DNA from: Asterionella formosa
Lineage: Eukaryota
Direction of reading: 5' to 3'
DNA length: 64,000 bases
NCBI GenBank assembly: GCA_002256025.1
Contig: NKIB01012145.1
Span: 1-64,000, forward strand
Part shown: positions 1-12,500 of the stretch, one piece after another
How positions within the stretch are numbered: the first letter of the stretch is position 1
Layout: each line of letters opens with the position of its first letter
The notes under the pieces: model-generated
What the model was told of the DNA's origin: nothing
The model's database searches: none
What the model saw: the letters and a program-made list of their open reading frames with translations, nothing else
Program-made: the position numbers and the translations under genes

Positions 1-2351
1 AAAAAGTAGAAGTGGAAGTTGATGTTGGAGATTTCGGTCCAATATCAATATCATCCTCCACCAAAGACTCAAGCCTCGGGAGGCGAGAGATGGAATCTGC
101 AATAGCATTGTCAGTCCCTTTCACATAGTGAAAAGTAGGATGGTATTCTTCAATGTAAAGTCTCCATCGTAGAACACGTTGAGTATGTAATGTATTATAA
201 ATAAGATTTCGATGATCAGTGTGAACATGTAGAACTGCGCCCAATAACATAAAGCGAAATCTTTGAAAGTTTCTACCACAGAAATTAATTCTTTTTCAAT
301 AGTAATATAATTCTTTTGAGCAGCAGATAATTTGCGAGGATAATTAGCAACTGGGAGATCATTTTGCATAATGACCGATCCTAATTGATAATCAGAGGCA
401 TCAGTAAAGATATGAAAAGGAAGATTATGATCAGGATAACGCATGAGTGAATCTGCAACTAACAATGCTTTCATTTCTTCAAAGGCTTGTTGATGGATAG
501 GTAACCAGACAAATGGACTAGTTCCAATTAAATCCGTAAGTGGTCCAAGAACATGAGATCGTCTAGGAAACATGTCTCGATAGTAAGTAACAGCATCGAG
601 AAACGATCGAACTTGTTTAAGATTGGTAGGTGAAGACATATTAATCAATGCTCGGACCTTTTTAGACCAAGGTTTCAGTCCATTAGGAGTTAACCAATAG
701 CCTAACCAATCTGTCTCTTGGACGGCCCATTCACACTTAGATGGATTAATAGTAAACCATTTATCTGTAAACGATATAAAATAGTGTCCAATAAATGGAG
801 GTGATCTGAAAAATTCATTGAAAAACAACCCACATCATCAATATAAATTTCCACATCATCTAAATCACTAAGGATCTGTTCCATAGTTTCTTGTGCAATG
901 TCAGATGATTGTTTCACCCCCATAGGGAGGCGTAAATATTTATATAAACCAAATGGAGTTGAAATAACACACAAATTTTGACTCTCCACATCCAATGCGA
1001 AAGTGTAGTATTGCATAAAAATATTCAATTTGGTGAAAAATACATATCCAGCACGTTTAGTGAGAATAGTTTGTATTCGAGGCAAAGGATATATATTGCG
1101 ATTGATGACTTTATTAAGTTCACGAAAATCTGATACCCATCAGACACTTCCATCCTTTTTTGGAATAATAAAAGTGGGAGATGCCCATTTAGAAGCACCA
1201 CATTTTTGTTGGACTCCAATATCACATAATCGTTGTAATTCCGTTTTGAAAACTTCTAAATGAATATGAGCGACCGGATATGCTCGTTGATGACAAGGGA
1301 CAGCATTTGATAATAATTCCAAATGTACCTGTTTATGAGGATAGACTTTTAATTTGCCATCAAATAATGTTTGATATTTAACCAATATAGATCGTAAACA
1401 TGAAAATGTCTTCGCATTGCCTTCAGCAATGCGAAGACGGTTCTGTGTGATTGTTTGAAAAATGTTCTTGGGAAGATGTTTGTTTCGATCCTTAAACGAT
1501 TGTTGACTCTCGAAGTAAGCGAGAACCGAGCGAATCGATTGGTCTGAAAGTCTTTGCATGATTTAGTTCAAACTCTTGTTGCCACTCATCGGGCATAGAA
1601 CGGATAATGATAATCCGCATATCTTCTTTTGACAATCCAAATTGATCTTCTGGATGAGGCATTAGTTGAAGTAGCCTGTTTAAAGTTTTAATACGAGCTC
1701 CGAAATCCATTACCAACATAGAAAAGGGTTTAGATAAATAACGTAGCATCCATTGTCGTTGATGTTGAAAACTCTCATTTGGTAAACGATCGTCTAACCA
1801 TAAATCCATCGCTTCATCGAAACTATCGTAAGATTGATCTTCTGGGTGTACTTCCACATTCAACCAATCCGATAAAGCAATGTTGGTCAAACACCTTTTA
1901 AAGTAGGAAAAGGTATCTGCAGGGCTAAAGGCACATGTGTTAGCCATGTTACGAAATTGACTCCCTCCAATTAACAATGCTTCCACCGAGCTTCCATCGA
2001 TCATATCTTGATCAAACGATTCAAACCTTCCACCGGTTAAAGCAACTCTGAATGTTTTAGTCTTGATAGTCAATACATTGTAGTCTTTGATCAAAGGAAT
2101 CACAGGAACCCTTGAATACATTGCCATGTTTGTTGTCTTCTAATTCGACTCTTTTTGAATTCAAAGTGAAGTATCTAACTAGAAGTAGTAGTATTTGTTG
2201 AATATATGAGCTTATTAATTAATCCTTATGTACAACTCATTTCCTGAACTGACATCAAAGTATAGAATGGATGTTAGTCGGGTTCTCTCATTATTGAATT
2301 CCGATGTATTTGATATAACCCTAGCTCTATATATATCTGTATCGATGTGCA
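1..2351 (-). mobile_element. Degenerate Ty3/Gypsy LTR retrotransposon (gag, RT, RNase H fragments; runs off the window start)
   Basis: Gag-like ORF 1492-2127. Pol is spread over several frameshifted ORFs: 'WASPTFIIPKKDG', RT motifs 'YLRLPMG' and 'YIDDVG' (702-1085), '[10 protein letters not shown]', and RNase H '[16 protein letters not shown]...KLSAAQKNY...EKEL' (121-828). The sequence is AT-rich. The 5' boundary (putative LTR about 2229-2351) is uncertain. Confidence 0.92.
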
Positions 2352-2610
2352 GGATTGCTCACCAGGTACCTAGTAGGGTACCTGGTACCATAATGGTAAG
2401 TAGCGGTGCCAGGTATAGTGGTTAGATCATGCGTATGTATTGCTATAGAACTACCGGTATACCTGATTACCTATGTATTTTTTTGCATGTATACTATACT
2501 CCATAAGTGTTGCCCCTACCGGTATTTTACTTCGTCAACCAAAGGAGCGCGAAACGCAAGTCCCCTCACATTATTTTAAGTCTGGACTGCTGTCGTGCTG
2601 CTGCCATGAC

Positions 2611-3861
2611 ATGACGACCGCCGTTGACAGCTCTACTGACAAACAGTTAAACTTCCAGTGCATCGCCACAACTGTCGATCTATCAAAGGATCTGCCTCAA
2701 GGCGTTAAATTCAGTCCTGATGGCCTTTGTGTGTTGACTAGCGCAGGAAACCGGCTGCGCCTGTACAACACGCCTGATGTTCAATCTGAAAGCAGCGAAC
2801 GACAGGATTGGAAAGCGATATTAGAATCCCATGGAGGTGATACAGTACGATGCTACGATTGGTATCCCCACATGGCATCTTCCGATCCGAGCACCTGTTG
2901 TTTCGTGGGTGCGAGCAGAGACCAGCCGGTCCATCTCTATGATGCCTACACTGGCTCTATTCGAGCAACGTATAGCCCCTACAATCGGATGGACGAGTTG
3001 GAGTCTCCTACGGTGGTATCGTTTTCCCCTGACGGCCAAAGAATTTTCTGTGGAGGCTTTCGTACTGACCGATGTGTACATGTCTTTGACACGAATCTGC
3101 CAGGTAGAGATAGCACTGTAGCCCTTTTGGGCAAGACTCGGCGGTCAAGCGACGGACAAAAGGGAATTCTATCGGCACTGTGTCATGGTACTAATATCAT
3201 GGCTATTGGAACCTATTCACCTGGTTCCATTTACTTGTATGACGATCGCGCCGCTATGGACAAGGTTGGAACCATACTGAATGGCGTTTGCGTTGTTGGT
3301 CACGGGCGATCTCATTCAAAAAAGAAGAGACGGTTTGCTGCTATGGATGACGACGATGAAGACTTGTTTTCATCAGCAAAAATAAAATGGTTTCAAACTC
3401 GAGCTCAGGGAGGCGTAACACAACTTAAGTTTGGGGATGACCATACTCTATTTAGTTTGAGCCGACGATCTGACGCGGTGTTGGCTTGGGATGTTCGTAT
3501 GATGACGGGGCAAGAGGCATCGAGGCCTATTTGCGGAATCAAGAATTATCCGACCGACAATGATACTAATCAAAGACTGGAGTTTGATTTCGACTGGAAA
3601 GGTAGATTGTTAATTGGCGGTAAGGACAATTGCGTTCGAATGTACAATGTTCAGACTGGACAACTCCTTGATAGGATACAATATCTGCACTCAGCAGCCA
3701 ATGGTGTTTCGTGCCATGAGGATCTGGTGGTTGTTTCAGTTGGCTCAAGAGTCTTCCCAACGGCAGAGAATTATGACTTAGAGGAAGCCGAGGCGAATTT
3801 CACTGAGAAGGGAACATTGGAAATGTTCAAAGTTAATCAATCGGACGGCCTACACCAATAA
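2611..3861 (+). CDS. WRAP53: WD40-repeat protein, telomerase Cajal body protein 1 (WRAP53/TCAB1)-like
   Basis: Motifs 'GVKFSPDGLCVLT', 'YDWYPHM', 'SRDQPVHLYDAYTGSIRATY', 'GQKGILS' and 'DTNQRLEFD' are typical of TCAB1. Start placed at ATG 2611 because the upstream in-frame extension from 2473 looks non-coding. Confidence 0.85.
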   Translation: MTTAVDSSTDKQLNFQCIATTVDLSKDLPQGVKFSPDGLCVLTSAGNRLRLYNTPDVQSESSERQDWKAILESHGGDTVRCYDWYPHMASSDPSTCCFVGASRDQPVHLYDAYTGSIRATYSPYNRMDELESPTVVSFSPDGQRIFCGGFRTDRCVHVFDTNLPGRDSTVALLGKTRRSSDGQKGILSALCHGTNIMAIGTYSPGSIYLYDDRAAMDKVGTILNGVCVVGHGRSHSKKKRRFAAMDDDDEDLFSSAKIKWFQTRAQGGVTQLKFGDDHTLFSLSRRSDAVLAWDVRMMTGQEASRPICGIKNYPTDNDTNQRLEFDFDWKGRLLIGGKDNCVRMYNVQTGQLLDRIQYLHSAANGVSCHEDLVVVSVGSRVFPTAENYDLEEAEANFTEKGTLEMFKVNQSDGLHQ

Positions 3862-4296
3862 GGCTACTGAAAATGATGAGGGGTCTGTCAGACGTTACGA
3901 GTAAGGTTTTGGTGATCATGGAGGATGAGTCGTGTGGTGTTCCGGCCAATGATACTTACTTGCTGGTACGATAGCTGGTACCTGGTACCACCTGGACTGC
4001 CACATATCGGTATTATGCACCGGCACTGGTATTACTGATGGAAATGCATGTACCGGTATCCTACTGGTATCTGATTTGGTACCAGCTACACATGATTTTT
4101 ATCAGGTAACATAGCCAGGGTTCTTGGAGTACCAAGAGGTATACCCTTCCATGATTGAATCAAGATACTACCGGTATTCTTTCATTCTTTTACAAAAAAT
4201 AGTCTACCGCCCTGTACACACGTACTATCCAGTCTCAACTTTATAAAACAGAAATACATACCAGTCTACCGGTATAGTAGGTGTATAGGAAACAAG

Positions 4297-6909
4297 ATGA
4301 CAACGTCTTTGGACGAGGCCTTTCGCTTGCTAGAAACAGCAAATGATCTCGAAGAACGCTGCGAGAATGAGTATCATTCGATAGAAGCAGCAACAAAGTA
4401 TTACGAAGCCTGCTACCTCATGAAACGGTACGCCGAAACCCTTCCAGTCAGTGAAGCTGGGACTCGAGGGTTGATTCGCCAGAAGATTGACCACTATGAA
4501 AAGCGAGCGACTAAGTTATTGCGTGGAATGACATCACCTGTGAACAGTGAGCCAAGATCGCCTCTGTACAGGCGTGGATTCTTCAACGAGGAAAGCTGTG
4601 TCGTGGTTATGCCTCCACCATTTGCGCCATGCCCGCAAGCACGCACGAATGGAGAAGCAGACAGCAAAGAAATCCAGTCCATTACTCACAAGGTATCAAG
4701 TGCCAATTCGAGACTTTCTTATGCATTGGATCTGGATGAAGATGGTCACAAAGAGCGTGCGATAACTGAGTACATGGCTGCTGCCGAATTATATCTAAGA
4801 GCCATCAAGATGGCTGAAGATACTAAAGCAACGAATATCCAGGCAGTATTGAAACGAAGATTAGGAGGTGCTTTGGATCGATTGGAAGAGCTCAAAAATC
4901 CAAACAAGAAATCTTTGATTGATGAGAAACGCGTTACTCAGCAGCAACTCTCGCTACTACCAAACAAACAATCAGGTGTTGCTCTAACTGACGAGGAAAT
5001 CTCTGTATTGAAACGATCAAGTCTTATTTCCTCTGGGATATTTCTTCCTTGGAGCGATCAGGATGCCTGTCAGCTTTCCGTTGATGCCAAAAAGGTTGTA
5101 TCCACACTTTACACCGATCCTGACTTTCCCAGAACGCTCAGCGATAAGCAAACCAAATACTTTTACAAGTGGGCAAGGCCTTCAGAGATCTGTGACATGC
5201 GACAAAAACTTACTGGGAAAGTCACGCAACCCATCATGATAAAATCTATTACACCATACTCCATCCGACAACAATGTGTAACGGACTGTTCATTCATCGC
5301 ATCTCTGTGCATCTGTGCTGCCTTTGAACGAAAGTTTCACAAGAATTTAGTAACTTCTTTGATTTACCCTCAAAATAAAGAAGGACTTCCAATAGTCAAC
5401 TCATCCGGAAAGTACATGGTCCGACTGTGGTTGAATGGAGTGGCTCGTCAAGTTACCGTGGACGACTTTCTTCCTGTAGACAAATATGGTAATCTACTTT
5501 GTAGCCAGACAAGTTGTAAGGGTCTGGAGCTTTGGGTATCGCTAATTGAAAAAGCATACATGAAGCTATGTGGTGGGTACAACTTTCCAGGGAGTAACTC
5601 GGGTGTAGATTTGTTTAGTTTGACTGGGTGGATTCCAGAACGATTAATATTTCCGAAAGACCAACTCAACATTCAGGACCATGAAACGCCACCAGAACGG
5701 GCATGGGAGCGACTTTTCAGTGCGAGTTCCTACGGCGATTGCTTAATCACTGTATCGACAAGCAACGAGATTACAAAAGAGCAAGCCGATGCTTTTGCTC
5801 TTGTGACTGGTCATGCATATGCCGTGTTGTCTGTAGTTCAAACTCAATCGGGAACAAGGCTTCTGCAACTAAAGAACCCTTGGGGTCACATGTCGTGGAA
5901 AGGGAAATATTCTCCTGGTGATACATTAAGTTGGTCTGATCCTAATCTTTGTAGGGAGGTGGGATATGATCCAAGCAGTCACAATATCGACGATGGCGTG
6001 TTTTGGATTTCATATAGCGATATCCTGATATATTTTCGTAACATACACCTGTCGTGGAGTCCTAATTTGTTTTCCTGTCGAGTTACAACTCATGGATACT
6101 GGCCGAATCACCTCGGCCCGGTCCTGGATACTTACTTCGTCGGTGACAACCCGCAATACAACCTAATTGCATCGGATTTGGCAGTGAAAAGGAAGGCCTC
6201 TATTTGGATCTTGGTTTCGCGGCATGTGTCTAAGCAAGAACAGGAAGGTGCCGAGGTGACAGATTATTTGACAGCTCATATTCACCGTTCGATGGGCAAG
6301 AATGATCGCATTTGGTATCCAGGAGGAAAGTTTCTGGTAGTCAATGGCGCTTACACCAACAACCCACATGTGCTGGTGAGATACGACTTAAATTCGCCGG
6401 AGGACAAGTATCTTTCATTGGTTCTTTCGCAATACCGAAAGTCGAATGATTTGGCATACACTCTTTCCATATTTTCCACTGAAACGTTTCGACTTGCAAG
6501 ACCACCACAAGACCCACCTCTATTGCAGCAGATTTATTGTCGATGGACAGAATCAACGGCAGGTGGACCTCCTGGTCAACCCTCGTTTTCACGTAACCCG
6601 ATGTGGGCAGTACGAGTTCCAGAGGGAGGAGCCCATTTGCAAATCAGGTGCAGTACTGAAAAAACCATTGCAGCTAATATCATGCTTGTTGCTATGAGTT
6701 ATTATGGCGAGCGGGTGCATCAATTATTGACAGAACCTCAAGTCGATTCTGGTCCTTACAAATACGGCTTTGTTGTTGTGGACGCGACGAAGGTCCCAAG
6801 TGGCAATTACACAATGGTCGTGAGTACATTTACATCACAGCAAGTTGGCGACTTTCACATCAAAATGATGTCTTCATCCAGTACCGTGAAGATTGAAGGC
6901 CTACAATAA
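4297..6909 (+). CDS. CAPN7: Calpain-7/PalB-like cysteine protease (two MIT domains, CysPc, calpain III domains)
   Basis: Single 870-aa ORF with two MIT-like helical repeats and catalytic triad motifs 'QQCVTDCSFIASL', 'GHAYAV' and 'LKNPWG'. Confidence 0.9.
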   Translation: MTTSLDEAFRLLETANDLEERCENEYHSIEAATKYYEACYLMKRYAETLPVSEAGTRGLIRQKIDHYEKRATKLLRGMTSPVNSEPRSPLYRRGFFNEESCVVVMPPPFAPCPQARTNGEADSKEIQSITHKVSSANSRLSYALDLDEDGHKERAITEYMAAAELYLRAIKMAEDTKATNIQAVLKRRLGGALDRLEELKNPNKKSLIDEKRVTQQQLSLLPNKQSGVALTDEEISVLKRSSLISSGIFLPWSDQDACQLSVDAKKVVSTLYTDPDFPRTLSDKQTKYFYKWARPSEICDMRQKLTGKVTQPIMIKSITPYSIRQQCVTDCSFIASLCICAAFERKFHKNLVTSLIYPQNKEGLPIVNSSGKYMVRLWLNGVARQVTVDDFLPVDKYGNLLCSQTSCKGLELWVSLIEKAYMKLCGGYNFPGSNSGVDLFSLTGWIPERLIFPKDQLNIQDHETPPERAWERLFSASSYGDCLITVSTSNEITKEQADAFALVTGHAYAVLSVVQTQSGTRLLQLKNPWGHMSWKGKYSPGDTLSWSDPNLCREVGYDPSSHNIDDGVFWISYSDILIYFRNIHLSWSPNLFSCRVTTHGYWPNHLGPVLDTYFVGDNPQYNLIASDLAVKRKASIWILVSRHVSKQEQEGAEVTDYLTAHIHRSMGKNDRIWYPGGKFLVVNGAYTNNPHVLVRYDLNSPEDKYLSLVLSQYRKSNDLAYTLSIFSTETFRLARPPQDPPLLQQIYCRWTESTAGGPPGQPSFSRNPMWAVRVPEGGAHLQIRCSTEKTIAANIMLVAMSYYGERVHQLLTEPQVDSGPYKYGFVVVDATKVPSGNYTMVVSTFTSQQVGDFHIKMMSSSSTVKIEGLQ

Positions 6910-6991
6910 GAGACAAATTTTCGCAATTATGGATAGTTATTGTCAGTAAGTTTAGCAAATGCTTAGGGAGTGTACCTCTAGAATCATCGAC

Positions 6992-8913
6992 TTAACAATT
7001 GCCACAACTCTCTCTACAGCTTTCGAAAGCGGGATGTCCCGGATGACAAATCAATGTCTGCAAGTGTGGGCGAATGGATAGCCAAACACAGGTTCGATTT
7101 TGGTGGACTTTATTGATATAAAAATTGGTATTTGGTGAATCTTTGCAGGTCACTGAGCATGCACCACATGTCGCCGGACACACTACCCTCGTATTGTTAT
7201 TTTGACACATTCGGCGCTGCCAAGTGGGGGATTTAGAGAGCCACTTACAGGTGCGTCGCACTCCGTTGTCGCGAATCACGAAGGTACCCAACATGGAATC
7301 TTTACAGGTTGTGAGAGCGCTAGTGACGTTCGGAGCAAGAGTGGGAGCTGTAGTCAAAATATCAGTTGGAGCAGGCGACCGCTTCAAAACTGCTTGGATG
7401 GAAGATATTGGGGAAAATGTTGTAGCATTGCACTGCGACGATTGCACGCCATTATCCATCCAAATGCTCACAATAACGAAATCCGGAGGGCCATAAAATT
7501 GCTCGCAAGCTTGAATAACCAAGTCAGTGCCGGAGTTCTCGTAGTTTGTGAATCGAAAAGTATCTCGAGCTGGGGATAGCCCCGTGGCAACGCCACCAAG
7601 CAGGTCCGATGACGTAGTACTATTATTGTTGTAGATGATTACCACCTCATCCTGATTCTGACGAGACTGGAAATTGAAGCCGCGAGCCCGATTGTACTGT
7701 AGAAAGAAATGGTCGCCTATCTTGACAATGACGGCTTGTCCTGGTTCCGCCTTGTCGTAGTCAACAAAGGCTACAAGCGGACCCAACCAAGATTCGCTCA
7801 TGTCCAAAACAATGGTACGATCCCTGTACCAACCTAGAAAATAGTTCTTGTTAGCATTGAAGCAGCTTGCAGGGAAACCGGCGATGCTGCTTGAGAAGCC
7901 CATCAGGCAAGTGGTGTCTTGATACATGTTTCCAGCCTCGCCGGAATGTCGAAGGTTGAGGTTGTGCCCTGCACAAAGTCAGTGAATGTGTGAGATGATT
8001 CACTGCAATATTAAGTGTTGCATTCGTGTTGTCGCATCTCACCGATCTCATGGGCGATCACAGAAAAGTTTGTGCACCATCGGTCGTTAAAAATGCTGCG
8101 CCAGTGATTAAGGTAGCCGTACGCAATGTAGTTCCTTCCTTGCACGAGAAATCCAGGTGGCATACAATACACAACGTGCTTGAAGTTATCCTCGATACTA
8201 CCGAATTTTTGTTCCGTCATTATTGCCAGAGTATTTTCAAAAGAAAGAGTGTTGAGTCCAGTTATGTTTCGGTTGAGAAAGATTTCACCCACGCCATCAA
8301 TTATGCCATGACCTTCGGCTGGTTTCATGTCAATTTTTCCAAATGAGCAGGCACTGTATTGAGATCTTAGATTCACTATTTCCACGGAGTCTCCTAGACC
8401 AAAAATCGACGCACTGATATCTGCTTTGGAAACAGATACTTCTGAGTCCAATGCCGTTACCCGAACGACAAGGACTGTTCTGGTTCCTTCCACAGCGATA
8501 GGAATAGCAGCCTCAAGCAATTGACGTTTGTGGTCGCCAAATATGGTAATGGAGGTAGGAAGTGGATAAATAATGGAGGGTTCACCTACGACGTTTTCTC
8601 GGATTGCCATCCCGTTTAAAATCTCAATGAAAGTATCTCCCTTCTCAAGGTAGGGATGCTGTGCCACGAATTGGGGAGGAAGCTCGAGCGTGTAGGTCAT
8701 TCCACCTTGGCCGTCAGGCTCCTGTTCGGGTCGTGTTTCGCAGCGAAAATGTGATTTCTCAGGGCGTTTGTTTTCGCCTGATTGTTTCATTTCAACTACA
8801 ACTACACGACAAACGAGATTGTTAGTTGATTCAATCCGCTCGTTTGGTCCTCTTTTTTCGTTTTGGCTGTCGGCTGTGTGAATCGAAGTGATTGCCAACA
8901 GGAGCATAAACAT
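6992..8913 (-). CDS. Secreted gametolysin-like (peptidase M11) zinc metalloprotease with C-terminal Cys-rich repeats; 2 exons
   Basis: Splicing the GT-AG intron 7969-8042 joins the two ORFs and restores the zinc motif HEIGHNLNLRH, followed by 'YQDTTCLMG' and 'CFNANKNYFLGWY'. Signal-peptide-like 'MFMLLLAITSIHTA' at ATG 8913; alternative ATG at 8964. Confidence 0.85.
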
Positions 8914-9535
8914 CTTCAGGATTGGTTTCCCTGTTTTGTAAACGCTCACTTTCACTTCTTTCATAATGATCGTTTGGTGGTGTCTATAGAGATTAAGAAG
9001 GCGTCGAGGTGAGATATACGCCACCATGCTCGAGGCACATTGGCACATATATGGCCTCAATAGTATTCAAAAAAATTTCAGCTGACATCACAACAGTTTG
9101 TCGTGTCTCCACATGGATCTCATTGAATCGCAACAAAACATTGAACTTACCTTTGTTGTTTCATGAAATATAGTGCTGTTTTATGGAAGATGTATTGGAA
9201 GGCTAGTTGGCCGAGATTCGAAATTGAATAACAGGCGATAAGGAGAAGAGGAATACAATCGAAGTCAGTTTTAAAAAGTTTGATTTCTAAATTGATATTG
9301 AATTCTATATTTTCCATACAGTGATTGTGCAATTATACAATGCCACATGTCAGGTGACTGGACCATTTCATATATTGATCATCAAGCGAGATACAATCAT
9401 TACAGGCGGGTCACCCTAGCATGGAATGTGTACGAAATCATCTCCATCATAGTTGCGTAGAACACCGCAAAAGAACAGACATGACACAAAGACACAAGAA
9501 CTTGGAGTCGACTTCTGAAGTAGCTAGTGCGCCCA

Positions 9536-12500
9536 TTAAGCCGACGAAGGCGAACTTAGGCGTGATCTACTTCTCATCCCTGCTTTCTTTGATATGCGTT
9601 TAACTCCTCCACCAACTGTCATGGCTTTGTACCTCGGGCGCTCCGGTTCTTCCGCTAATGCACTCATATTATGCTTCTGGTAAACACCACCAAATGATAA
9701 TCGAGGCTTTCGCTGTTCATCTATGCGACTGTCGTGACGCTGACGGACGACATCCATTCGTCCAATCACCTTCGTGAACTTGTCCACAATAATCGCTGCA
9801 TCTCGAGATGGTAACATCTTGACAGCTGCTACCAAATTATGAAGCAACGCCGCCCGTTCCTCTTTCGGTTCGACAACTGAAAACACTTCCCCAATGGAAT
9901 TGTAAAGAAAGGCCAAAGCGCTCTTACTCTCATTTGATGTTGAATCTGGAGTGGCCAGTTGGAGCACCAACGCGCACAAGGGAATAAGCTTGTCAAGGGG
10001 ATGCTTTGCTGCTGAAACAATTTGGGAAAGATTAGCAACCTCTGTGCAGAAATCAATTACTGAATCGTCATAGGACAATTTCACCGCATTTGGATGATAT
10101 GAGAATAGATCCGGATAGACAACCTCTCCAGTGTAATGCTGTCGTGTTGATGAGGTGTGAAACACCTGTCCATACTCAGCAGCAGTTCTCAACATGGCAT
10201 CGACGACATTGATATGTTTCAGAAAATATGGTTCCTTGTCGTTTGAAATTGTGTCGATAAAAACACGCAAAATTGCCTTATTTAGTTGGACCGCGTTAAA
10301 TCGGAGATGGTCAACTTGCTGTCTGACGTGGGCTGACAATACATAGTTTACATCAATCATCTCCAAACGACGGGTGATAGAGCTGTGTAGTTCCTGAACT
10401 TCCAGTGCACGTTGCACACAGTAATCAACGTCCCCTCCCGCAGCAGATCGATGGTGGGCAAGACATTCCCACGCTTGGGCTGTCTCTAGAAATGCCTCGA
10501 CTTCAAGAAACAGAGAATTTCTTGATTCGCCCTTGTAAAACGTGAAGACTTCTGTAGTAAAATCTCGCAACAGGCGAGAACAAGCTTCAGCATGATGTGT
10601 CAATTCACTATCAGTGACCCCAGAGGAGTCAATCTTACGTATTTTTTGTTTCATTGCATTCACATGAGCTGTTATTTCCAAACCTCGCACACGACAGTCA
10701 GGTTGACACGATGCGTTGGCCCCTGTCAGTCGATCAATCCACACTTCGAGCTGGGTAAGCTGCCCCGTAAAGGCATGTGCAGCAAGAATCGGATGAAATG
10801 TCTGTAGCCTTGGTTTAATAGGACCAAGCGGGGATGCAACATCCAGGAGCCGCTGCGCCCAGGACTCAGCTTTCTCAAGTCCGACTTCAGTTCCAGTCTT
10901 GATCCATGCTTGAATTATTGCTTCATAAGTAGCGACATTAGGTCGGATGCGAGCATTGGCTCCTTGATCCATCTCTTTGACCCAATTTTCTATTCGCAGT
11001 GCATCTTCCCACAACTTGTCATCCTTTTCTAAAAAACCATTGGAAAATAATATTTCGTGGTTGTAGAAAGAATTGGAAACAATAGGAACGTTCCAAATTT
11101 CAGTGTCCGGAATTAGACTTTCATCATTCATTTCGGTACTAAGGGCTTGCATTTGTTCAATTATATCTCTAGCATGCTCAGGGTTGAAAGATTTGACGCC
11201 ACCAGAAGGAGATTCCTTTGCCCCGGTAGCAACCAATAGTGATATGTAGATGGCACGTGTCGGCAATGACGTGGTTAATTCACTCCTCATCAGTTTCTCA
11301 ATAGCTTCGGTTGCAATCTTTCCACCAACTTGTGACCATGCCTGAATGGCAAAATTGATAGATTCACCGTTCGGTTTCGGATAACATGCCGAATTGGAGT
11401 TCTGGAGAGTTTTCAGATATTGCCCAATTTTCTTTGCTTTTCGCACCGGAGATTTTTCGCAGTCAAGGCAACCAAAAAATGCGTGATACGTTTCAATGTC
11501 GGGTTTTTCCTCCGATTCCAAAATGAAATCGAAAATAGTTTGTGCCGTTTCTTCGATTTCCGGGCACGGTGAAATTTTGTTTGCCGTTGAAAGAGCCTGT
11601 AAAATTCTGTTCGCCGCGGTGGTAGAAGCAAAGTTATGCGAATGAGTGAATGTGGGTAGCCACCACTTTTCGCTCTTCTTCGGTTGCAGAGCCCCATTGA
11701 ACCACTGGCGTGCTTCTTTCAAAATCTGATTCCTTTGTTCACTAGGATTTTGGAGCAGAGGCATGTGATCACTTCCCTGCCCGTTTCCTGGGCTTATTGC
11801 CGTGCGTCCAAACCACGCCTCCATGATTCGGTCAAGGGTTCTAAAGCTTGCACTTTGAGCTTCGGCCGAAGGCGTTGGCGCGGTAAAATGGATGGTGTAT
11901 TCTTCGTCGTCATCGTCGTCGACGTATACTACACCAAATTGAATATTGTCCTCCTTTGGTTGCTTTTCATCCTTCAATAACGCAGGCAACTGAATTGCTT
12001 CAACTGTGGAACCCAAAGATGGCAGTAAACCGGTCATACTTCCACTTAATTTACTTTCGCTTGAATCATTGGACCTCATAAATACCGATCCCTGTTCGTC
12101 GAGCAAAGGTAACAAACTTGGATAGTCCGTGTTCAGTCCGTCCTTTCCAGTTTGTCTTTCTAGAAGGACTGCTGTTGGAGCCTTCGCTAGCACGCTTAAC
12201 GTGGCGTTAATGCTTAGAAGGGCTGCCAAAGTAACTGCATGTCGTGCTGTCTCTGGATTCCTATAAAAAAGGAAACCTTCATGAGTCAAAGTCGGTCCCC
12301 ATTGTGTCGATAGCTGGACAGGATAATGCTTCTCCCCGTTTAACGGACTGTGAAAGCTACATGTCCACCATTCCTCTTCGTTCAACAGAATGCCTGTAGC
12401 ATCGTAGTACTCTTCAATATTTCTTGAATACGCAGCTAACAGGGTTGACAATTCGTGTTCGTTGTTCGAACGTTCATCTACCATATTCACATGCCCCGGA

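Noticed and set aside
2473..2610. Longer N-termini predicted by the ORF track (also 8965-9060, 12944-13102, 38487-38609, 54591-54626)
   Set aside because: The extensions run through AT-rich or motif-rich promoter-like DNA or use non-ATG starts; downstream ATGs give sensible N-termini or targeting peptides.
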